Assembly: GCF_037042905.1 (NCBI RefSeq)
Contig: NC_087250.1
Span: 20,028,001 to 20,092,000 of the forward strand
DNA: 64,000 bases
DNA from: Lytechinus pictus
Taxonomy: Eukaryota
Direction: 5' to 3'
Position 1 is the stretch's first letter. Each line of letters starts with the position of its first letter. Of this stretch, positions 51,918 through 64,000 are shown in pieces. Both the position numbers and the translations under genes were made by a program. The notes beneath the pieces were generated by a model. The model did no database searches and was not told where the DNA came from. It worked only from the letters and a program-made list of their open reading frames with translations.

Positions 51918-52787
51918 TCACACGGAAAAACAAAATTGTAATTTGTATGATTCCAGTGAAAAATAAGGCTTAAGATGAATTTTCTAGAACGTGTGAAACC
52001 AAACTAGAATCACGAAAGCTAATCACAATCACGAATTTCAAATTCTACTCCGGAGGTGAATTCAAATTAATTTTCACTCAAATTACGGTACGAATTTTTC
52101 ATGTGAAAGGCTTGACCTCCAAAACATCTTTTGAGGGAGGAGCTTACGTGACCTTTCAAGCACTTGTTCAGGGGTGTCATTGTCTCATTCATCCCTTCCG
52201 TAGATATTTGCAATGCGGCGCTTTGATTGACAAGTCACCAAGGACACATACCGCCTTCGTTAGGGAATTCGAATTCAAATCACAGTTTTGGAGTGAGCGT
52301 GTGAAAGGTCCGATGATTCTAAAGACGAATTGCAATCATCAATACAATGATGATTCAAGATTCACGTGTGAAAAGGGCCAATAAGTGCACAAGAAATGAG
52401 GATTTACCCTGGAGGAGGGAGTATTAGGACCTTTTCACACGTGAATCTTGAGTCATCATTGTATTGATGATTGCAATTCGTCTTTAAAATCATCGGACCT
52501 TTTTCACGCTCTCTCTAAATTCGAATTCCCGAGCGAAGGCGGTATGTGTCCTTGGTGACTTGTCATTCAAAGCATTGTGTCGAAACGATGAGTGCATGAC
52601 ATTATCTACGGAAGTGCTTGAAAGGACAGGAAAGCTCAAAGCTCCACCCCCAAAAGATGTTTTGGGAGGTCAAACCTTTCACACGTAAAATTCTTACTGT
52701 AATTTTAGTGAAACTTAACTGGAATTCACCTCCGAAGTAGCGTTCGTGATTCTAGTTTGGTTTCACACGATTTCGTCATTAGCCTTG

Positions 52788-53327
52788 TGTAGAGACAAGC
52801 ACTAATTTTATGTTTATGTATCATGTGAACACTTCCCTTAATCTAGATTGTATGCTGTGTGAACACAGCCTCTACTATAACGATAGACATTCCCCTCTCT
52901 TGGATACAAAATGTTAATGACAATGCATCCCTTTGTATTATGTTAGCTTTAAGCTGCTGCATTGGGCAATTTATAGGGTTCTATTATAACATCATGCCTT
53001 GCTCACCCATGCTTGGCAGTAACTCCTAGTAAGGCACAGGGTATAAATAGGAGACACAGTTTTTAGTTAGAGTTGTTATGAGTTGTTATTGAGTGTGCAT
53101 GGATCCACCGCTGAAAGCGATACCGGCCTGAGGAAGCACCATACCCCAGCAGCTACACTATGTACAGCTAGGACCAAGAGCGCTCTGCAACGACCTCTTC
53201 GACTTCAACTTCCTGAGCATTCCAGGCCTTCATCGACTTCGAGATCCATATCTTAAGGTTAGATTTATAGTGCATAGGTTATCATAGTTTACACTTACAG
53301 TATAAGTTTATAGGCCACGATACAATA
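52788..53327. mobile_element. Probable solo LTR
   Basis: 540-bp insert starting TGTAG, flanked by CTTG/CTTG, interrupting a MITE whose uninterrupted sister is at 51926-52379. TATAAATA at ~53042. The 3' end reads TA rather than CA. Confidence 0.6.
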
Positions 53328-53604
53328 CTTGTTTTTCACTGGAATATCATTATTCAAACTACGATTTTTTTTGGCCGTGTGAAAGGCGGAAAGTCGGATT
53401 ACAACAGAGTGCGCCAAGTCTGAATAGAAAAACGTTGTATGCGGCATTGTGTACCCAAGGTGGTCCAAGTACAAAGTACCAACTGAAATAGCAAGAGTCA
53501 ATGGTCTCAAATTGTAGAGTACGTGCAGCAATTGGCTCTAATTACCCATTGGTGCGATACGTACGACGTTTAGCATGAATATACCAACAGAACTTGAAGC
53601 TTAA

Positions 53605-54771
53605 AGGACAAGTCTACCCCAACAGAAAGTTGCTTTCAATAAAAAGAGAAAAACCCAACAAGCATAACACTGAAAATATTTATTGTATTTTTAAAATCGG
53701 ATGTAAAATAAGAAAGTTATTACCTTAATTTTTTTGCTTAATTTCACAAAACAGTTATATGCCCATCCCGGTCGGTATGCAAATGAGGAAACCGATGACG
53801 TCATCCACTCACTGTTTCTTTTGTATTATATTATATGAAATATTCTTATTTTCTAATAAAGTGGAACAACATTAATTCCTCCCTGAACATGTGAAATTAG
53901 CAATGTTTAAAGGTCAAGTCTACCCCAGACATGTGTTGATTTGAATCAATAGAGAAAATCAATCAAGCATAACGCTGAAAATTTCATCAAAATCGGATGT
54001 AAAATAAGAAAGCAATGGCATTTCAGAGTTTCGCTTATTATTCACAAAACGGTTATTTCCAAAACTCAGTGATATGCAAATAAGAGAGGCGATAATGTCC
54101 CCCACTCACTATTTTTTTATTGTTTGAATTATCAATTTTCACAAATTTGACGATGATGACCAACTTGACTAAACCACAAAAAGCTAAACAGTGGCAGTTC
54201 CACATGTTCAGGGAAGAACAAGATTTTGTTTTACATGACATTCTGGAGAAAATTTAGATGTTTATTATTTCTTATAATGAAATACAAACAAAATAGTGAG
54301 TGACTGATGTCATCAGTCCCCTCATTTGCATACCAACCAGGATGTGCATATAACTGTTTTGTGAAATTAAGCCAAAGTTTAAAATGTCATAGCTTTCTTA
54401 CTTGACTCCCGATTTCGATAAATTTTCAGTGTTACGCTTGTTGGATTTTTCTCTTTTTATTAAATTATTTTTTGTTGGAGTAGATTTGTTCTTTAATACT
54501 CTTGTTTAGTCAATTTGGTCCTTATTTTCTAATATGTAAGGAATTAAATAAGTATACTTCAAACAATAAAAAAAAAATGTGAGTGAAGGACATTATCGAC
54601 TGTCTGCATGTCACTGACTTGTGCATATCACTGTTTTGTGAAACTAAGCGAAACTTATGATGTCATAACTTTCTTATTTTACATCAGACTTTGATGAAAT
54701 TTTCAGCGTTATGCTAGTTTGATTTTTCTCTATTTATTCAAATCAACATTTTTCTGGGATGGACTTTACCT
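53605..54771. mobile_element. TTAA-target (Kolobok-like) MITE containing a second copy of itself (53911-54492)
   Basis: TTAA|AGGACAAGTCTACCCC...GGACTTTACCT|TTAA; inner copy also TTAA-flanked; empty site GAAGC-TTAA-GTAT in the paralog at 7559-7562. Confidence 0.88.
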
Positions 54772-55080
54772 TTAAGTATTCTAATTAAGATACTACACTC
54801 CTTAACCTTAACAGCATACACACACCTACGTTTGTACAGTTTATCTTGAATGTTATGTTTAGATGCGCAAAGAAGAGAGAACTTCGCATAAAAAATTTAT
54901 ATGGGAGCATAATCATGAATGGCATTTGTGTGTGGCTGCTATAGAAAGGATTGAAAATGAAATAATTGTACTCTCTGTTCGAATATTCGATAGCCTGAGC
55001 TTACTCCAAAAGACGCGATTCATACTTAGACTTATTTCAAATTAGGAACACTTACCAGAACATTGGCTCCACATATCGAT

Positions 55081-55229
55081 ATGGGACTAGGAGGAAAAGA
55101 GAGAAACCATGAGGCGCCACCGCCGAAAGAGGCGGAAATAAATGTTGGAGAAGGTGGAGGTAACGGCGACTCCTCAACGTCCCCGGGGAATGACGAGACC
55201 AAAGCGGGTTCGGACTCTAGATCAAAGAG
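55081..55229 (+). CDS. First coding exon of a tandem DNAJC5-like paralog (later exons not in window; gene or pseudogene)
   Basis: 149 nt, colinear with 7878-8026 with 17 substitutions and no indels. Same ATG context (ATATCGATATG) and AG|GTAAG donor. Confidence 0.65.
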
Positions 55230-56019
55230 GTAAGCCTGTAGGACCTACACCGTTAGAAAAAAAACAGAAGATTTTACAGAAGAAAAATAAAACAAAACAT
55301 ATTTTACAGAAAGAAAAACCAATAATTCTGTAAATTGTTATAACAGGGAAGATTTTGTACATTTTTTCTAAAATTTTACAGAACAGGCCTGTTTTAAAAA
55401 CAGTTTCATTACAATAAATTTGCAAGGTTACATACACTAAATACCAATTTTCTGTAATTTTACACAAATGCATGTAATATTACACAGTGCAGTAAGATTG
55501 CAGGTGTTCTCAAGACTCTGCTGCAGGAACTTTTGTTTTTTTAAGTGAAATTTTCTAACAGTGTACTTAGTCAAAGGGTCGGAAAGAGTTCCTTTTGCGA
55601 CAGTCCCCTAATTTTAAAGGGTCGAATCTTTTGAAACATACCAACTCGAACCATTTACAGTAAAACCGAAGACTTTTTTGTATTAATCTGCATGTAGAAT
55701 TTGAAAGCATTCTGTTAGTCTCTTTTCACCCGTGCGCCTTAGAAATCATATTTAATATTATCATTATTATTATCATCGTTATAATTATCAATATTGTTAT
55801 CGATATTATTATTATCATCAACTTCATCATTATTAATATCATTATTATTATTGTCATTATCATCATTATTATTATTTTCATGATAACTTTACATTTATTT
55901 CATAGTTTTAAGTTAGTTATCATGTATATATGGGAACTTTTACGGTTCATAAACAACTTGGGCACCCCCTGCCAGTGTATTATGTTGCTATGTCTGGTAG
56001 TTCTGGAATGAAATACAAA

Positions 56020-59000
56020 CTAAGTTTGGTTTGGTTTATTTTTATTTTCATATCTCATAAAATATCAAATACAATGTAACGTCCATCGAAAGACAGTTAA
56101 TCATTGATAATAAAATAATACAATACATCACCATAATTCATAATAAATCAGACAAATGTTATACAATTGAACGTTTGGATTGGAGACAGATATATCAATA
56201 AGATGAGAATATGAAGGGCAAACTATCTAAAAGCAGAGCTTGTAATTTATAGTTTCCCTATTAATAAAATTATAAGTAATTGTCAACTTGTTTTAATATC
56301 AATATGTTACAAGAAAAGAAAGAGAAAGAGAGAGAGAAAAAAAATATATATATTTCTTTAAAAAAACGAGAGAAAGAAGGAGACAAAAAGAAAAAAACAA
56401 AACAAAGGGAGGTGGACTGACATTAGTTAAGAGGAACACTAGGGAGCCGATGAATTGTCGTTTAGATATTAGTTTAAAATAAAAAAAATCAATTTACGTT
56501 TAAAAGTATATATAGAATTGCAATCTTTGAAGTCGGTTAGTAGATCATTCCAAAATAATGGACCTGTGACAATAATTGTTTTATGTGAAAAAGCTGTACG
56601 AGTACCTGGAAGATGATAAAATGACTTTGACGGGTAGGATAGCTGTGAATCTTGTCATTCCTTCTAAATAGAGAAGATACGGTGGTCATGGTGGTAGGTA
56701 ATTCTTTTCTTGAGAGTTGAAACATAAATATTCCAAGGTTAAATGCATAAAGATCATGGATTTGTAGAACATTAAGTACATGAATAAAAGAGTGGCATAG
56801 AATGAGCCCGGTAACTTGTATTATTAATAATTCTTATTAGTCTTTTTTGGATAAGTAAAGTTTTATTGATATGAAGTTTTGAACTGTTCCCCCAAGAAAG
56901 GATACCGTAATTTAAATACGGCAAAATTAGGGTGGAGTATAAACATAACAAGACACGGGTGGGAAAAGATGACTTAAGTTTGCAAATGACGCCAGTATTT
57001 CTGGATATGATTTTACTAAATGTGATTAATGTGGGCTTTTAAAGTTAATTTACTGTCGATATATCCGCCAAGAAATTGTGTCGTGTCAACCTTTACAAGA
57101 GGTGTGTTGTTTAAAAATACAGGTCCGGGTAAATTAGCGATCGTATTACTGAATAAGAGATAATTTGATTTATTGATATTTAGAGACAATTTATTGAAAT
57201 GTATCCAGTTAAGAACAAAAAATCAGTCTATGATTTAGTGTTTGTAAGAGAGTTTGATGGTTTTGTGAAAGATAAATATATTGGAGTCATCTGCAAACAG
57301 AAGGAATGAAAGAATATTAGAACAATTTTGAAAGTCATTAATGTAAATGAGAAATAATAAAGGGCCTAGTAAAGACCCCTGTGTCACTCCGCATGTAATA
57401 AGTTTGTATGAGATTCTTGATTGTTAATACATACAAAATGCTGACGGTTATATATATAACTTCTGAACCACTCCAATGCCTTTCCACGCATTCCATAATG
57501 TGATAATTTGAAAATAAGAATGTCATGATTAATTGTATCAAAGGCCTTGGAGAAGTCCAGAAATAAACCAACAGTATGAGAAAAAGCGTCTATTGATGTA
57601 GCTATTTCATCTATAAACATTAATAATGCATGGGTAATTGAATGTTTCTTTCTAAAACCAAATTGAACCTTCAATAAAATATTATATTTACTTAGAAAAT
57701 CAACAGTGCGGGAGTATATTAATTTTTCGAGAATTTTGGAAAAAGAGCTTAAAAGCGAAATGGGACGATAATTTCCAATATCATGTTTATTACCTTTCTT
57801 ATGTATCGGTATGACCTTTGATATTTTCATTTTTTCTGGTACTACCCCAGTTATTAAAGATAAGTTGAATAAATAAGTTAGCGGTTGTACTATTTCATTT
57901 ATAGTCTTCTTCAAAAGAATATTCGTAATATTATCTTACCCATAGCTTTTTTTAGTTTTCAAATCTTTAACAATGATCATAATTTCACGAGAAGTAATGG
58001 GAGTAAAAATATAAATTGAACGTTCGGTTCTTTTAAAAACGATCAAAAATCAACATCGGAATTTGGAATGTCGCGGGCATGCAAGATTTGGGCCAATATT
58101 GATGAAATAATCATTAAATGTTTCAGCAATCAACATTGGATTTCTATTTTCGGAGCTGTTGATCATAATTGTAGAAATAGATGGTGATTTTCTTTTTTTT
58201 TTATTTAGAACATTGTTTATCACCTTCCACGTACGTGAGACATCATATCTGTTTTCTTCAAATTGTCTATAGAAAAATAATTCTTTTTAGCGGTCCGAAG
58301 TAAAGTAGTAAGGGTATTGCGATATGAAGAATATCGACGTTTACTTTGATCTGATTTAATTTTTTTGTGCTTATAAAAGAGACGATCTTTCCGGTTAATA
58401 CAACGAAGAAGAGACATAGTGATCCAGGGAGATCTCGGAGATTTTTTTTGTAGTTCCGAGATGAAGACTTCAATGGAATGTTGGTATTATACAAATTAAG
58501 AAACCTGTTAACAAAAATATTATATGCTTCATTTGGGTCGGAATTTATGTACACCTGGGACCAGTCGGCTTGTGCTAAACATTCTCTAAATTTGTATAAA
58601 TTGTCTTCAGAAAAGTTACGGGTCATAGACCTGGAGCAGTCTATGATATGGTCGGGGGTGGGGAAAAAGTAAATACTGGGAAGTGATCAGACATATCACT
58701 GATAATAATTCCGGAACTTAAGCAATGATCACGATTTATAAAAAATGTATCTATAAGGGTTGAAGATACATCAGATATTCGAGTGGGTTTGTTAATTAAG
58801 GGTAAAAACGATTTCGAAAGCATTATATCATAAAATTGTTGACATACATTACACGAGTTACATTTCAAGAGATCTAAGTTAAAATCTCCCATGATAAAGC
58901 ATACTTTATTTTCTAGAGTTGGTGCAGATAAAAGACCCTCAAGTAATTCATAAAAATCAAGAGGATTTGCTTGAGGTGGTTTATAAATTTCCCCGAAGAC

Positions 59001-59280
59001 AATATTTTCCCCTCTTGGGACAATAATTTCAACAAAAACAGTTTCAGCAAGGTTTGACATTTGATTTAATTCCTCTAAAGACTTCGTTTGAAACTGGTTT
59101 AAGACGTACAATCCCACACCTCCACCGGTTTTGTTTTTTTCTATTATTCCCAAAGTATGAATACCTATCTAAAAGATGTAATGGACTTATGGCTTCACTT
59201 CACATAATGCCATAAAACAAAAATATGCGAGAAAATTTCTATATTCTTTTAATTATGTTGAGTCATGAGAAAATTCATTT
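56020..59280 (-). mobile_element. Degraded CR1/L2-group LINE (APE endonuclease + RT)
   Basis: GGGVGLYV, MGDFN and SDHFPV in 58641-59153; FLDFSKAFD in 57384-57914; many frameshifts; (CCAAA)n-type tail. Confidence 0.88.
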
Positions 59281-59319
59281 TATTACTATTCCCAAAGATT
59301 AGGAATTCAATTTTGGTTG

Positions 59320-59820
59320 CGCAATAGCTAAGTCGGTTGAGCGGGGGTTTCGGATTCTGGTGACCCGGGTTCGATTGATGATGATCCACGTCATTTATAT
59401 TGCGCCATATTTCTGTAAAAACATTCATAGGCGCAGGCTCATCAAATGAAGCCAATTATTACATATCTGCTGAAATAAGTGATTTTTGAGAGACGATTTG
59501 AAGATGTTCAATGTTGTCAATTTCACGGAGTTCCAGAGGCATGGAGCAATAGATGAAAAGACACGGCCTCCATATCCCTTTAGGTGTGTGTGTAATGTTG
59601 TCGGTTCCCACTTGGTGCGCTATAGTGTCCTTTGGTAAGGCATTAATCCTCTTTACCAGATCACCCGGAGTCCGGAGAGGAAAAATAAGCTGTTGATCCT
59701 CTGGTTGGTTGCTTGCTTACAAGCATTCATGCTTTCTTAGCAAACAGGTAAAAAATCACCACCATTAGGCTAAGGTCACAACTCCAAAATTTAGCTCGCT
59801 CGGCGACAGGGCGGCGAGTT
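59320..59820 (+). mobile_element. tRNA-derived SINE (same family as 34440-35055), split by a ~225-bp insert
   Basis: TAGCTAAGTCGGTTGAGC...GGGTTCGATT head; body resumes at CCCACTTGGTGCGCTA. Confidence 0.65.
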
Positions 59821-60879
59821 TTTAGACAATTTCGCCCGGGCACCAGTGGCGTAGCTAGGATTTTTTTCCTGGGGGGGGGGGCACTGGGGGTACTTGCTTT
59901 TTCAGGGGGGGGGGGCACCATTTTTTCCGGTCTGTGTGTATGTGTCACAAGGGCGGATCCGACTTTCGCCAATAGGGGACGGGGCCCGAAATTATCTTCA
60001 CCTATATTTTCCCCGATCAGTCACTTCTCAGTTTTATTCTTATAAAACAACATAAACATGAAATAATCTCATAAACCTTATAAAAAGTGCGAGCGCGAAG
60101 CGCGAGCGATTTTTTTGGTACTTTAATGTACTAGTATTTTGTCCTGAAAATGTAATATTCTGGGCAATGTTATGTGTGATCCTGAACAAGATTCGTATGT
60201 AACTAGATGGTTACTGCGAACGCCAAGCGCGAGCAAAATCTTTTATTAACTGTTCTAGCATTATCGAAAAGGGACCTGTTAAGGACTGCTTACAGTTACC
60301 CACGAAGACGGTATACATTTCAATAATGCGAGCGCGAAGCGCGAGCAAATTTTTTTGACATTCCGACCTAAAAATTGTAATTCTAAGCACTTTTTGTATT
60401 AATAAATGGGATAGGTATGTAACTAAACATTTGATGCGAGCGCGAAGCGCGAGAGGAAGAAAATTGAGATTTTAGACCTAAAAGCGGGACACTCTATTCA
60501 TATTTTGTAAATCATAAATAGGATATAGTTAATTGGGTATCATTAATAATGCGATCGTGAAGCGTGAGCAGACAATCATAGATATTCTGATGTGAAACTG
60601 GATAATTTAAGTACATTTTAAATAAAGAACATACAGGCTATCGCGCATGTTTTAGATTTAGACCTTAGAATCTGGACATTCTGAGTACATTTGTTTAATG
60701 GAACTTTATATGATACGCGTAGACAATAGAAACTTGGCAAATCAAACAATGTGACCACGCAGCATGAGCTTAAAATGCTGATATGTAGACCATAAAACTG
60801 ACATTTTACAGAACACTTAAATTTGTAAATGAAAAAAAATAATGAAAGCTCGATGTCCGAGCTAAAATATGTTTTGTAT

Positions 60880-63800
60880 TGTAGTGATATGAATAACAGG
60901 TGCAGGCATAACTCTTGGGCATACATGTAGAGCCTGAAGTGAATTGTATTGTATGCCTGTATTGCATGCCTGCACCAGGCAAGGTGCTTATGAATAGAAA
61001 CATTCTTGGTTTGGTTTATATGAGGCGTGTCCTGAACAGGACCATTGATACATGTATGTATTGAGAGAGTAGACAACATGTACCATGCTAAGTAACCTGG
61101 CAGTTGACTCTTCATGCTCTTGTACATGTAGTTGTATGTGAACTCGGTTCTTATAAAGTCTGAAGACTATATTGGAGTTAAAAGCTGAATAAAGTGAATA
61201 CCAAGATAACTTTCTGATCTGTATCGTTATTTTGTTCCCCGTCTATTTCAACTGGTAGTACGGATGGGGTACTAGAAACTGGATAAAAACTCCTTGTTTT
61301 CAGACAATGTTTCTTCAGTACAATGGCATTGGTGTTCTGTCTCCATGATTGCAACAAATATGTGAATATACAAGAAACTGCTACTGTGTCCATACAACTC
61401 GGATAACTAGTGAGGATAGAATGCTTTTATGGAAGGCATATAGTGACTATTTATCGCTCCTGCATGCACTGCGTTACTAAAGAGTCATGACAACATGTCA
61501 GATGGTGCTGTAGCTGAAGTGGAGAAGCCTCCAGGCTAGTCAAGTGGTACAGTCACATCTATCCTCTGTGTCTGCAATATTAACTATCTAAGGTGGAACT
61601 GGAAGTTGCAGTTACGGAATACCGGTGATGTTTACTACTTCTTTTTGAGACTGAGAGTAAATTCTTCGTTCTGTGAAAAGCATTTGCTGACTGAGGAGCC
61701 CAGCAGAATTTGTTTGAGCTGTCCTAGCTGTTTCGTCATCTAGAGAGTAGCCTTTATATTTTGGAAAGCGTGGATATTTAGGGAAGATAAAAATGGTATT
61801 TGACCCCATTGAACGAGGTTCAACACTGCGTGAGTAAATCTAGACCTAGAAGTACTGTTTTGAGTTTGCAATTTTGTGTTACATTGAAGCTTTAATCATC
61901 TTTCTGATGCAGAATAAATGGAGGAGACTCTACTATAGAATGGCATGATTGATTTTTGTTACAAGTCACATCAATTTGGAAGTGAGTGTACATGAATCTG
62001 AAGAACAAGAAGATTATTTTGAGAAATGACAACTGCATCATTTCCAGAAGACTTTGAAACAATATGCAATATGACATTTTGAGTGGTGACTAGTCTGTTC
62101 AAAAATTTTAGTTTTGAATATTGTAATCCAGTGATCAAGATGGCTGAAAGTTCTAATGAGTTAGTTGACAAATTGATAACAGGTATTACTAATGCCTTAA
62201 ATGTGCAAGGAGGTAGAGTGACACATCTGCGTGCCCCCGAATTACCACGATTTTCAGGTAAAACTTCTGTGGGAGATTTAACATTATCGCAATGGTTGGA
62301 AGAAGTGGATATTTTTTGTGATCAATGTGAGATTCCCATAACACAGAAAGCCCAAGTTATTTTGAATCATTTAGATGGGGCTGCACGCCAGGAAATCAGA
62401 TGTCACTCTGTCTCTTCAGATGATCTAGATACTTTGCTTTCTTTGTTAACACGTAATTTTGGATCTAAAGATACTACTCAAACCCTCAAGAAGAGATTTC
62501 ATGAAAGAGTTCAGAAGGAGGGGGAGTCTTTGGATGAGTTTTCAAGGGCTTTAATGTGCATGTATGATGCTATCATAGATGTAGCACCAGATAGGGAAAA
62601 AGAGGCACACAAAGGCCTTAGGGATTCTGCCCTTATTGACAAGTTTGTAGCTGGTGCACGTAGCAATAGCATACGCCTAGAGTTACGGCGTATCCGATTG
62701 GCTAATCCTGATAAAACATTTTTAGAGATCAGAGATTATGCCTCAGATTTGTTGGAAAGCTTTGACACAAAGGTAGAGGGTACGTCCAATAAACGTGGAT
62801 TGGTATATGAGGTGTCAGTTGATGATTGTCCTGAAGGGATAGCTAGTACAAGTAACATGCACACGGATAGTAGTTTGATTCATCATACGGTACAACAACA
62901 AGCTGCATTAGAAAAATGTGTATTGCAGCAGCAAACTATTATGGAGCGTCAGCAAGAACAATTATCAGAGTTATTGGCTAGGAAGACCCAAGCAGCTCCA
63001 AAGTATACAAGACAGAAACGTAATCGAAGTTGTTTCTACTGTGGTAGACCTGGTCATATCCAGGCACAGTGTTGGGAGTTACAAAAACAATCACAGAATA
63101 GGAATTATGAGTATCAGAATTCAGGTGATTTAAATGCCAAACCCCCTCTCTAGCACGGGACCGAAATGTTGAGGGGGAAACTCAGTCGGTCCCTGTAGGT
63201 GATGTCCATGTTCCTAGCACTCAACTGACACCTGATGAGATATTAGATAAGTTAGTTCAACAGAGCCCCAAAGCAGTTGTTGATTTGGCTGGTGTTTAAG
63301 TTCAGTGTACATTAGATACTGTGGCAGAAACTTCTCTGATTAGTTCATCATTTTATCATGAGCATTTGGCTGACAAATTAAGTAATACAAAACTAGGGAA
63401 AGTATGTGTACAAGTTGTAGGTGCAAATCACCTACAAATCCCAATTGAAGGATATGTGGAAATTCCTCTTTCTGTAAATGACCATACATTAGGTGCCCAC
63501 TTCTTAATTGTTGATGACTCTGCGCATGGGAAGGCTATTATTGACAGTAAACAAAGTCATGTGTTACTAGGATGTAATGTATTGTATGATTTGAAAGACC
63601 ATGTAAATGATTTGAATGGGTCAGATGCTGAGGCTTGGAATATTGTAATGAAGTGGTTAGATCTTACTAAGCCTGTTGATTCAAATGACAAGAGACAAAG
63701 AGAATGTAAACCAAGTCGTGTTGTAAATGGTAGACCTGGTAGAAAACCTGTAGTCATACATTCTAGACAAGTGCAGACTGTAGTGTGTCAATTGAGAACC

Positions 63801-64000
63801 CCGCCAAATGCTTTGAAGGATAAAATGGTTGTAGTAGAAGGAAACCATGATATTGGTGAGACTTGTGCAATTTATGATACTTGTGAGAAGAGTAATGGCA
63901 AGTCGGTTACAGTTTTAATAGGGAATCTTGGCTCCCAACCCTTAGTTATTCCCCCATTTAGCAAATTGGTGAACGTGACTGAAGTCTTAGATTCCAATGA
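60880..64000 (+). mobile_element. Second Gypsy-type LTR retrotransposon, 5' part, running off the window
   Basis: Starts TGTAGTG where a GCGAGCGCGAAGCGCGAGC-type repeat breaks off; LTR end uncertain (~61495). Gag ORF followed by -1-frame protease region LDTVAETSLI. Confidence 0.75.
62140..63153 (+). CDS. Retrotransposon Gag with CCHC zinc knuckle
   Basis: MAESSNE...LPRFSG...WLEEV...LDGAAR...QKEGESLDEF...CFYCGRPGHIQAQC; uninterrupted. Confidence 0.85.
   Translation: MAESSNELVDKLITGITNALNVQGGRVTHLRAPELPRFSGKTSVGDLTLSQWLEEVDIFCDQCEIPITQKAQVILNHLDGAARQEIRCHSVSSDDLDTLLSLLTRNFGSKDTTQTLKKRFHERVQKEGESLDEFSRALMCMYDAIIDVAPDREKEAHKGLRDSALIDKFVAGARSNSIRLELRRIRLANPDKTFLEIRDYASDLLESFDTKVEGTSNKRGLVYEVSVDDCPEGIASTSNMHTDSSLIHHTVQQQAALEKCVLQQQTIMERQQEQLSELLARKTQAAPKYTRQKRNRSCFYCGRPGHIQAQCWELQKQSQNRNYEYQNSGDLNAKPPL

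Larger units (their letters stand above)
51089..53389. mobile_element. Inverted pair of Harbinger-like MITEs (51089-52379 and 52427-53389), each carrying a nested insertion
   Basis: Ends CCGCC(C)TTTCACACGG and CACGTGTGAAAAGG(G/T)CC; about 450 bp of inverted similarity around a 47-bp spacer; superfamily inferred from TAA/TTA flanks. Confidence 0.75.
49370..56015 (+). repeat. Diverged segmental duplicate of the DNAJC5 upstream region, exon 1 and intron 1 (~6210-9375), expanded by insertions
   Basis: Homologous blocks: 49370-50149 with ~6210-7224; 53393-53604 with 7331-7562; 54776-55235 with 7563-8032; 55905-56015 with 9262-9372. Confidence 0.85.

Noticed and set aside
55142..55333. 63-aa ORF
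   Set aside because: Wrong frame over the paralog exon 1, running into an intronic MITE
60618..61393. 169-aa and other minus-strand ORFs
   Set aside because: Span a repeat/LTR junction and show no recognisable domain

Overview
AT-rich, repeat-dense, intron-containing animal DNA. The repeat content suggests an echinoderm or other marine invertebrate (inference, not verified). The host gene is a complete six-exon DNAJC5/cysteine string protein gene on + (CDS 7878-18427, 222 aa). A diverged tandem duplicate of its upstream region, first coding exon and part of intron 1 lies at ~49370-56015. The rest is mostly mobile DNA: a 2.9-kb palindromic Tc1 element with two intact DD34E transposase genes head-to-head, two Gypsy elements each with a -1 frameshift heptamer plus pseudoknot, several CR1/L2-group and Ingi/Vingi-like LINE remnants, a Penelope GIY-YIG fragment with an inverted terminal copy and a minimal hammerhead ribozyme, tRNA-derived SINEs, two copies of an apparently 7SL-headed SINE, and many MITEs, several nested. 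Best novelty candidates: the double-transposase palindromic Tc1, the 7SL-headed SINE, and a MITE-mediated micro-inversion upstream of the duplicated gene. All alignments and counts were done by eye, without database searches.
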